Source: Catajapyx aquilonaris (Eukaryota). From it: a DNA stretch of 64,000 bases. Location of the stretch: NCBI GenBank assembly GCA_000934665.2, contig JYFJ02001900.1, forward strand, positions 1 through 64,000. The letters run 5' to 3'. This document shows positions 40,901 through 64,000 of the stretch, one piece after another. Within the stretch, counting starts at the first letter, position 1. Each line of letters opens with the position of its first letter. A program made the translations under genes and the position numbers. The notes beneath the pieces are model-generated. The model ran no database searches. It was not told where the DNA came from and saw only the letters and a program-made list of their open reading frames with translations.

Positions 40901-41678
40901 ATAGAGGAGGCTTGGACTGATGAATGGGAACTTACCACACTTCTGCCACCGACAACTAATGCAACTGAAGGTCACATTCAAGATGCAGGAGATATGTAAG
41001 TTAAGAAATCTCTTCCAAAAATAATTACATGCCCTCCTTAAGAGCATGACTTGAAATCATCCAATGAGTCAAAATGCACCATCAAGTATGTGTCAACAGA
41101 AACTGTGATAATCATATACCTTATTGTCCACTGCGGCAGGAGCTGGTCTACAAAAATGTACTCATTAACATTCATCTTATACCCACTTCTGGCTTGGATG
41201 ATTACATTTGTTGTCGGCACCATTGTCAGCCTTATAACAGGTATGTTACCATAAATACTCAAAATACTTGCCTACGGGGCCTCTACCCACCCTGTGATTT
41301 TTGCCAGAGTTAACAGTAACACCCTGTAGAATCATGACCAGTTTAGAATCAGTTTTACTGACACAAATGTGAGCTAACTTATGAAACATGCAACATATGA
41401 AGTGTTGTACAGTTACAATATTTTTGGTATGTGGCACATTTAATGCATTGTTACAAACAATGGCCTGTAATGCAGGTGGAGAGAGCCGCAGCTTGCAGCA
41501 AATTGGTCATTTAATCCACCCAAGTGTGGTGCGATTCTGTCGGTGGCTCAAGTCGGAGGAGGTGCCGGATGTGGAGGACAGCGTGCAGCTGAAGCAATTC
41601 AAGGCATCACCCATTGAGAATGGTGGCCACCATGAAGATGAGCCAGAATCAGCCAAAATGCTGGCCAACGGGCACTGA
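34983..41678 (+). CDS. SLC5 symporter-like, paralog 6 (divergent, Na+-site residues substituted); 10 exons: 34983-35190, 36300-36433, 38831-39019, 39094-39248, 39366-39725, 39789-39907, 39970-40124, 40772-40995, 41140-41240, 41476-41678
   Basis: Open spliced frame with introns at paralogous positions. Altered motifs GGFQAVMWIESFQ, HVNRFRS, LFSGTLG|ACSGVLNAITTSIWVDF. TATATAAG at about 34654. Confidence 0.88.
35508..35973. mobile_element. Possible degenerate mariner-like MITE in intron 1 of paralog 6
   Basis: TA|CAGGGTG... left end and ...CACCGGG|TA right end; the TIR match is weak. Confidence 0.3.
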
Positions 41679-42602
41679 CACACATGAGCTGCAAACTTAC
41701 CCAGTGACATTCTTTAACAGTGACGACAGGCACCAGTTCTTAAAATCAGTGAATTTATTATTATTAAGCACTGCGCATTGCCACGAGTATTCAACATTTT
41801 AAATAATGAGACGTGCTCAGGCTGCAGTAATTGTGGGGGTTATTGTGCCGCAATGATTCACACACCAGCAAGTAGAACACTGTAAACCGTAAGAGCATTA
41901 CTGCGGTGAGTCTCCCATGGAACAGCAACTTTTTAAGAACAGCATTAAAAGTTGATGCTCCATGGAAGCGACTCACCCAGTTAAATATGTTGTGCGGTTT
42001 ACAGCGTAACCACAGCACACACTGTGCCGCATGCATGATTGCTGCAAGCCCAGTATTTTCATCCTCCGGCACACACTTTTGTACATAAAAGAGCAAATAT
42101 ATTTTTTTGGATTCTTACTTGTACGCTTGAAGCACGTGCTACCCCTACCATAATAATGGACATTCCAGCCATGTTATTGTTGGGTTAGTTTTTACCTACT
42201 TTTTTAACCCCCCAGCTTATTGCGGGACTTCCCCACCAGCACCTGCCCTTTCTTGTTGAATATGCCCCCCACACACACCTGGAATGTGTACAGGTCTCCT
42301 CTTCAGATGAAGCGTGGCTGATGGAAGGCGCTGGAACAATGGCTGCTTCTTCGTTACGCGCATCATTTGATGGTCTTCGCACATTTTGAATCTGGCCACT
42401 CTTCTCTTTGGGGGCAACTGGCCAATCAGTGCCAGGCGGATGGTGTGCTGGCAGGTGTAAACTGGTCTCCCAGAGGGCTTCTGATTGGTCCGGTTGTGGT
42501 GCGCACGTGCGGTGGCCTCCTCCAAACATGTCTGCTCCCATCGGGCACAGGTTGCCGGGTGGGTGGACAACAGGTAGAGCTAGAAAGAAGAAGGGCAGGA
42601 GG

Positions 42603-43240
42603 ATGAGCACCCTAAGGAGGAGAGACGAAGGCGGGCGACGCTTGGAGGGCGCCGGGTGGTCCGCAGCTGAGAGAAGGCGAAGGGTGAGGGAGAGCGGCCG
42701 GGGTGCGACTACAGACCTGGTATGTACCGTGTGTACCCAACAACCCCCTACCTAAGACATACCCGTCATTGCAGGTGGCCACCGCTGCTGGAGCCATGGC
42801 ATGCAGCAACAACAATGCAAGGCCCAATGTAAGTACGAGCAATTGACCGTATGAAGCCCCGTTACTCTCTTTGCCGGTTGCAGGAGTTGCGCTTCTTCAC
42901 CAACGAGCAGTTGCATGAGTACCTGGAAGAGAAGTCGCTGTTCCTGGCCTTCTACGCTTCCTTTGGGTTGTCAGAGTCTGTCACCAAGTTGGCGGCTGCG
43001 GCTCTCAACAAACGGAACTGGCGATACCACTGGCTGTATATGAAGTGGTTCCGCCGACTGGAGTATCCGACTGAGCTCAACGAGGAGTTTGAGATGGTCA
43101 GTTGCGTGTTGCTTGCTATTGGATTGTTGTTTGGAGATGTTTCATTGCAGGGGACGTACGTCTACTTCGACAGGAAGACGGAGACGTTGCATAAGAAGAT
43201 TGGATTCACGTTTGAATACAAGTATCTGGGTTATCAGTAA
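42603..43240 (+). CDS. CNOT3: Small NOT-box (NOT2/3/5 domain, CNOT3-like) protein; exons 42603(?)-42719, 42775-42828, 42884-43096, 43151-43240; start uncertain (ATG 42528, 42603 or 42796)
   Basis: The spliced peptide ...LFLAFYASFGLSESVTKLAAAALNKRNWRYHWLYMKWFRRLEYPTELNEEFEM|GTYVYFDRKTETLHKKIGFTFEYKYLGYQ* aligns with the CNOT3 C-terminus (LFFIFYY...[27 protein letters not shown]...EFEQGTYIYFD...KKEGFTFEYRYL). Three 54-55 nt phase-0 GT-AG introns; AATAAA at 43427. Confidence 0.85.
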
Positions 43241-46200
43241 CATATGGCACAGTCGTGTGTCGTGCGTAGTGTAGTACGGATGTGTTGCTCGCGTTTTAAA
43301 TCATGTGCTATCCATTGATTTGTGCAATCCCAGTCTTTTTATCCCATTTGGCGAGTATCAGAATTGCACCCAGCTCTTTTTATACCAGTGCTGAATTATC
43401 TCGGTTTTATTTATGAATCATGCGGAAATAAATGGTTTTAATCAATCAGGGTGTTAGTTTTGCATATGGTAGTCCTAACAAGAACTTAACACACACATGA
43501 GCATTTTATGTTCCTGCATTATAAACCAACATCTAGAAAACCTAGGAAAGGTCGTGTGAGACTGAACCAACCGAACAAGAGAGTATCATTCATTGCCACC
43601 ATATTTGCTAGTATAGAACTAACAAAACTCGGCCAACTCGTGACATTTTTAAGGTAAGATGTGTCATAACAATGAGGCTTTCAGTGACGTCATCCCATTA
43701 CAGCAGCGCTCAGCATGCTGTAGACCAAAAAAATTCACCTGTGCCGACATATAGGTGAGCAATAGGAAATAAAATGTTAAAGGCCACCCTATGAAACCAC
43801 CCAATTTTCATAGTGTGCAAACTTTATTGTGCAAATCAAGAAATTGCGAAGCAAGTGTCTTATATTGTCCATTTTTAGGAGATGAAGGTGTACCTTTCCA
43901 GTTGCAGTGGTGGTAATATTATTATTACAGCTTATGCTGTATGCCTTTCCTTAAAAACACATTTAAAAATTCATAGCAGAACCCGTTTCCCGCATGTCAG
44001 ACGGGGTGAACTTGGCCGCACGTATGTACCCACCCACGCTGGTCCTATCGCAGTGGTAAGGTAAAACCTGTCAAGTTCAACACCTTAATAAGTTGGCCAC
44101 CTTCCCATGTTGGTCATTAATCATTATATTTGGAAAGGTTGGAAAAATCTATCCCTTGCAATGTTGCTAAGTTTATTTGACACCTGTCTATCTTGGAAGT
44201 TGGACACCTGCAGTACAATTTTCATATTTTACTCTACATGTATTCCCATTTTTTTTTTCTAAAAACCTGAGCCATGCTGAGCTCTGCATACATAATTTGT
44301 GTCAAGCATGTCTTCATGTCTTCAAGTGACACTGTCAACTGTATGACAACAGCATATCCTGGCAATGGAGGATGAATATGGTGCCAATGCAGATGAGATC
44401 CTGAATCAGGTGTTGCAGGATACACAAAGTAAATCTTCAGTTCAGATAAATACACTATATAAAACCTGGTTAGGACGATAATAAACCACCTTCTCATCGG
44501 GATGCCCTTGAGTGCATTTAAAAAATTACAACTTTATACGTACTTTGGCATGCCTCTCTTTATTTTGCTGCCCAAAAGAAAAACCAAATTTCTCTGATTA
44601 AAGAGTCACTTGTTACTCATTTATAAACCAAAAAGTAGTCCCATTTCAGAAATTTCAGGTACATAGCTGTGCTGTAGTGTACCGAAAATAAGAGAACGTG
44701 CATTGAAAGTTGGACGATTACAGTACAGTACTTACTCGTGCATTACTGTGATGCACTATGAAATCCGAAAGATTGAAATCCTAAGATGTTGGACACCTCC
44801 CTATGTTGGACAGTTTCTTTGGAACTGTCAGTGTCCAACATAAGACAGGTTTTACTATATGCGTATGATGTTTCTTGGACATGAGGAGATGATATGACAT
44901 GAATCGTATCTACCCCTGTTATGATTTGGGACAATAACACAGATCATCATCGGGTCAGTGCTTCACTTCTTAGATTTTAAATATGTCTCAAAATGAGATC
45001 ATGTACCACTAGTCCAAAATCACTCACAATAAGTCAATTCGGTAATCCGGATATTAAGGATGAGCAAGTGAAGGTCAATTCCAGTGTGCGGATAGGCACA
45101 TATAGATGGAGAAGACCACACTCTACTTGGCGAAATCATCCATCCTGCTGGTGATAACCAAACTCACGCAGCAGAATGTGGTCAGATATATAAGGAGGGA
45201 AGTTAGAAAAGTCTCAAAATACTCCTTCGCACATTGTCACCCCAGCATCCTTTGGGGCCAGACAAGACCGTATCACTGGTGGATTCACTCCCCCTGAAGG
45301 AAACAGTTCAAATAACAATATATCATTCGTTAGCCAAAATAATGACAAAAAAACAATGTCCTATTAGGACTCAATAATTGCTGCCACAAATGCAAAACGG
45401 ATGAATACTCTGAATGTTTACAATATTAGGCACACTGAAACTCAACTGAACTCAATCATGTCATGAAAGTCATGATTTAATAATCAAATTATAAATATTC
45501 AGTTACAGTCATGTTTGCAATTATCGCAAGGTATGTAATGTCATTATCAGAATGTGCCAGTTCAGAGAATGGGGTCCTAGCCATGGCCTGGAATTTGGGT
45601 AATTATTTGTACACGAATACCTCAAACATACGTATCAGATAAATACGCATTCCACCACTTTTCGGCACCAAAATGTCATTACTCGATAAATTATCGGGGG
45701 TTTAAAAGTCACTCTCAAATTGGCGGGAAAAGCGGGGGCGTGGCCTCTGACCCAAGTGACGTCAGCAGGCCGTTGCCTGGCGCCCGTTCGATTCGGCTTC
45801 ACTTGAGGTCGTTCTCGATTCCGTTATGTTATAGGCAACAAACAGAGGAACAAAGCAACCGGGGTGCATTCCTGCCTCTGCATGTTTATTTTTTTGACCC
45901 GAGTGACGTCAGATGGCAATACGATACCGTATAATTATTATGATCTTAGATCGATCACAGCTCGAAAACTAATATTTGTTTCTTCAAACACAAAACACCA
46001 AAATTCATTTAAAAATCAGGGCGATTTTTTAAGATGGGCCTGAAAAATGTAGGCTGTAGGACCCTATTGTACTGTACAGTATATTCATCAAGTAATAATC
46101 CTTCACGTTTCAGCTGGGGCCCCTAATCAAGATTAGTGTAAACATGTAAATGTTGAAGAATAGGGGAAGCGGACAAGCTGCCCTGATGTAAAGAACTTTG

Positions 46201-47021
46201 CATTTCTCATCGGGCACAGCCCATTCAAGCTCCTCATCATCAGTCCTGTAGTATTGGTAAGACCTCCCTCCTGCAACTCTCATGTACTGTACGTACATAC
46301 AGTAGGTCGTTTTACGTCAGAGAAAGAAAGTGTGTATGAGAAGTACTCTCAATCTGGCTTGCTCATGTTGTATTCTGCAGCTCTCGAACCCACTCTGTCC
46401 AACACCCTTGACAAACAACATTTTTGGACTCCCTATAAGGATCCACGCTGACCCAAGAAAAGAAAAGTGCAAGTGTCTGATTTCACGCCAATCGTCCCCG
46501 AAGTCGCCCCCACTCTACGGTACGTCTGAAATAAAACACGTTTCAACAATTATTTTAACAAGAACAAACTTTTTTCTATATAGGCAAAGTCCGATGCCCA
46601 ACTGAATAAAAATAATTGAATATTGTACACCTCACCTGACAACGGTTTTACTAGGATAAAATAATACTAGACAATAAAATTACGTGTGCAAGAACAGCAT
46701 CAGCATTGTATTGTTCAGCAGTGTCACAATATTGCCTTAAAAGTCCAACGGGTTCCCGATAAGAACTCGGCGAAATATAAATCGGCGGATGACGGTTAGA
46801 CGACTATACCATTGGCCGGAAATTAAATTCGGCGAAGGCACTTCTGATGGCAACAAAAACATTTGCTGATAACTGTTATCGTGTTGCATCGTGTAGTCAG
46901 CCTCATTTCCCGCAGCCCAATGAGAAAAGGTCGACTCGAATCATGCTCGCGTTATCACATTTTATGAGATGGTACATTGCTCCCTGTAATGAAATCAATA
47001 ACCTCAATGACTAGAGCAATG

Positions 47022-47282
47022 CTGGAGCCTCATGTAAAAACCATGTATTATTTGACCATTTTGAAACTTTGAACCTCAAAGTTCGTGATCGGCCAATGAT
47101 CTCAGTTGCATAAATCATACTTGAAAAACATGCATAACTTGGCACGAAAACAAGTTAGAGAGACGACCGTGGTGTGTGCCAGTGGATAGAGCTTGACAGG
47201 AGCTTGAAATGGCCAGTCCATTTGTGGTCTACAAGTAAAAACCCAGTATCTTGAGTTACATGATTTTTACATGAGGCTCCAG
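47022..47282. mobile_element. MITE with about 25-bp TIRs and 4-bp TSD, about 380 bp upstream of the FREP-A start codon
   Basis: aatg|ctggagcctcatgtaaaaaccatgta ... tacatgatttttacatgaggctccag|aatg. Confidence 0.8.
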
Positions 47283-47666
47283 AATGATGAAGCGAAGACC
47301 TCCGGTTTCATTTTGGTAGTCTGAAGAAAATTACCACTTTCCCCCGACTTACACCTCCTGACTTTGATGACGGTCATCATGTAAACATCCATTGCTTATC
47401 TCGGCGTAAAAATAAGGCTAACGCCCCAATCATATGACCCATGACACATCCAGCCAACCACGCCAATACTCGTGTGAGCAAGGGAAGTTCAAAGAGCATG
47501 AAATTTCCTAACCATAGCGCACGTGATCTATGTTCTTAAGGAGGCATCGCCCTCTGCCCAGAAAGGTTATATCTGCGGTCACCAATGTCACTATTTAAGT
47601 CGTACGCCCTTCAGGATTGAGGAGAAAGGAGTCAGTCTGATTGAGTCAAGTGCAGCATCCCCCGAG

Positions 47667-55232
<7,566 letters not shown>

Positions 55233-55928
55233 AAAAAAAGACCAAGGAATGACTCTTCTTTGCACATGATGTGCCACCCTTCCACACCCACCACCCTTAT
55301 TATTGCCTGCACCACTGTTATATCGGGTACCCTGGTGAGTCTCTCACGGAACATCAATTTGTAATGACCTTCTAATGCTCTTGCGATGCTTTTTTTGTTG
55401 CTAAAAAGCATTATAAGAGCATGTGTCCTGATCACTCTAATAGTAAGTAAGTAATATTATCCCACATTACATACGAACTATGATGGTTATCACTATATTC
55501 TTAGATTTGTCTTCTGTGCTGGGACAGGCACAAAAACAGGGCAATTAATCTTGAATTATTTTCAATTGTGGGCGCAAATATGATGTCGAGTGTTCTTGGA
55601 GTCTACCAACTGTGAATTTAGATACATTTCAAGACTCTGAACAGTGTAGGACTATAGGTTATTATTGCACCGCATGTGGAAACATCAAAACATGTAACAA
55701 TTTCAATATATTCATTATGAAAACAGGTTTCGTCATTACCTTTTCGGTATATGTACTCTTGGCAATAAAGTTAATTCTCTCAACATAGGATTTTAGACCA
55801 ATGAAGACCTACATAATTATGTCCCTCCTGTAACAGTGTAAATGACCTCACAGTTTGTTTTATCTCTTTTTATTATTTTCCTGGACCTTGAATAATATAT
55901 GACACCCATAAAAAGCAAAAGCATTTTC

Positions 55929-56192
55929 TACGAGCGAGCATCATACCAGGCTGGTCAGGTGTGGGGCAGGTCTCTTCATCTTTCATGGAGATCCTCCTCC
56001 GGATCCCTCGTCATCGGGGTGGACCTTACAATCAAGTGGATGGGAGCCCATATGGACCACCCTCCCAAGCATTTGGGAGTCATGCAGAGCCCTATAGATA
56101 TGTGCAAATGCAGGATAGCCTGCCAAACCCTTCGGTGCCCCTGCCATGCAGCTCAGCTGCTTTGCACACCTGGCTGCAAGAACTGCAACCTT
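55929..56192 (+). pseudogene. Frameshifted fragment of a DNA-transposon protein C-terminus with a Cys-rich CXC-like finger (AcademX-like)
   Basis: Across two frameshifts it reads ERASYQAGQVWGRSL / PDPSSSGWTLQSSGWEPIWTTLPSIWESCRAL / CKCRIACQTLRCPCHAAQLLCTPGCKNC, the RAxYQAGxxW...GW...WTTLP...Cys8 pattern. Confidence 0.6.
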
Positions 56193-56368
56193 GGGCGAAT
56201 GTTCAAACAAAAGGTAGGAACGTACGTTTATCTATTGACACATGGCAATAAAAACTGCGGATTAAATAATGATTCATTGTTCCAGGACTCATGAAAAGGA
56301 AAATCAAGCCTTCTCTAGGGGACACATGAATATAAAGCCTCGGGTGGGTGGGTGTGGGTGTTTGTGTT

Positions 56369-56638
56369 ATAATAATAATGGATAATGGATACCCCGTGAT
56401 AGGCCTGGGGCCTCTTAGGGGATCATCTTTTGAAAACCCGACTTTAATCATTTGCCTGAAATGTGATGGATTTTGATAGTGGGAGGAAACGGGAGAACCC
56501 CGAGAAAACCCACGCAAACACGGAGAGAACCCATCGAAACTCTATCCACATAAGTATCCTATGCGCGATCCGGGGATCGAACTCGGGATCTTAGAGGTGG
56601 AAGGCTGTGGCGCTAACCACTCCGCCACCGTGTCGCCC
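56369..56638 (-). mobile_element. tRNA-derived SINE with a V-domain-like core
   Basis: Minus-strand head gggcgacacggtggcggagtggttagcg (A box) ... gagttcgatccc (B box); core tctccgtgtttgcgtgggttttctcggggttctcccgtttcctcccac; (TAT)n tail; TSD ggtgtttgtgtt (56357-56368, 56641-56652). Confidence 0.85.
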
Positions 56639-58281
56639 TAGGTGTTTGTGTTTATTATAAGGCGAATTAAATTAAATTTAAGGAGATACCTATACCGTAA
56701 AACGGGGTGAAGTTGGCCGCCCGGGTGAACTTGGCCACAATTCCAAAAATGTCTTCTATGAAATGAGGCTTTCAATGACGTCATTACATTACAGCAGCGC
56801 TTAGCATGCTGTCGACCAAAAAAATTCACCTGTGCCGACATAGGTGAGCAAGGAAATAAAATATGTTAAAAGACACCCCATGAAACCAACCACTTTTCAT
56901 AGTGTGCAAACTTTATTTTGCAAATGAAGAAATTGCGAAGCAAGCGTCTTGTCCATTTTTAAGAGATGAAGGTGAACCTTTCCAGTGGCTTTTTTTCTAA
57001 AAACGTGAGACGTGCTGAGCTCTGCATACATAATTTGGGAAGAATGTCTTCGTGTCTTCGAGTGACATTGTCAACTGTATGACAACAGCATCCTGACAAC
57101 GGAGGATGAATATGGCGGCAATGCAGATGAGATGATGAAGCAGGTGTTGCAGGATACACAAAGTAAATCTTCAGTTCAGATGAATACACTATATAAAATC
57201 TGGTTAGGACGATAACAAACCATCTTCTCATCAGGATGCCCTTTGAGTGCATTAAAAAAATTCCAGCTTATGCTTTGGCATCCCTCTCTTTATTTTGCTG
57301 CCCAAAATAAAACCCAAATTTCTCTGTTAGAGAGTCACTTGTTACACATTTATAAGCCAAAAAGTAGTCCTGTTTCAGAAATTTTATGTATATAGCTGTG
57401 CTGTACTATACTGAAAATAAGAGAATGTGCATTGAAAGTTGGACGATTATAGTACAGTACTTACTCGTGCATTCCTGTGATGCACTCCGAAACCCGAGAA
57501 ATTGAAATCCTAATATGTTGGACACCTCCCTATGTTGGACAATAATTTCTTTAGAACTGTCAGTGTCCAACATAGACAGGTTTTACTATATGTGTACGAT
57601 ATGCTTGTTGGACATGAGGAGATGATATGGTATGAATCGTACTACCCCTGTTATGATTTGGGACAAAAACACAGATCATCATCGGGTCAGGGTTTTCCGG
57701 TTTCATTTTGGTAGTCTGAAGAAAACTACCACTTTCCTCCGACTTACACCTCCTGACTTTGATGAAGGTCATCATGTTCACATCCATTGCTTATCTCGGC
57801 GTAAAAATAAAGCGAACGCTCTATGACCCATGATACATACATCCAGCCAACCACGCCCATATACTCTTGTGAGCAAGGGAAGTTCAAAGAGCATGAAATT
57901 TCCTAGCCAGAGCACACGTGATCGGCATTCTGCTTTAGATGAAGGGAAAAATGCCCGCCTTTTGTCCTTCTGCACACTGACAGAGAGTCAGGACATGAAT
58001 GTTGCACCCTCTCAGGAAATCATTCTCTGGTGACATGGAGTTACAACTGGAATTATTACAATTCGAGCTCATTATTTTTCTCTCTCTTCCTTCCTTGTAA
58101 TATTCTGAGAAAATTTGTGGGGCGGGATCAAGCCACGAACATCTCTGTTGATAAGGAGGCCTCGCCCTCTGCCCATAAAGGTTATATCTGAGGTCACCAA
58201 TGTCACTATTTAAGCAGTACGCCCTTCAGGATTGAGGAGAAAGGAGTCAGTCTGATTAAGTCAAGTGCAGCATCCTCCGAG

Positions 58282-64000
<5,719 letters not shown>

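Noticed and set aside
42612..42842. Minus-strand ORF with an apparent signal peptide (LVLTLGLALLLLHAMAPAAVA)
   Set aside because: Non-ATG start, antisense to the spliced NOT-box gene, and no recognisable mature domain.
31274..43240. HYPK-like and NOT-box genes as a functionally linked ribosome-associated module
   Set aside because: Only proximity supports it; they appear to have arisen by different routes (intronless vs intron-containing) and eukaryotic neighbours need not be co-functional.
47480..47510. NF-kB-like sites (gggaagttc, gaaatttcc) upstream of both FREP copies
   Set aside because: Imperfect short matches, and sharing is explained by the recent duplication.

Overview
Eukaryotic, intron-containing metazoan DNA (arthropod-like, many 55-80 nt GT-AG introns); there are no prokaryotic features. 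I spliced all gene models by hand from the sequence. Left to right: (1) the last two coding exons and 3' UTR of a KChIP/neuronal calcium sensor gene; (2) six tandem, apparently intact + strand SLC5A8/SLC5A12/NIS-like sodium:solute symporter genes (4.9-41.7 kb) with a patchwork of intron gains/losses, the sixth lacking the conserved Na2-site Ser/Thr pair; (3) an intronless, diverged HYPK copy nested antisense in an intron of the fifth transporter, recognised from its translation; (4) a small spliced gene encoding essentially only the CNOT3-type NOT-box; (5) a recent tandem duplication carrying two secreted fibrinogen-domain (FREP/techylectin/ficolin-like) genes, the second cut by the window end. 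The two FREP copies differ in stalk repeats and in many TE insertions (piggyBac-, Kolobok- and hAT-like elements, tRNA-derived SINEs), several with visible TSDs and empty sites. Family assignments come from motif recognition, not database searches.
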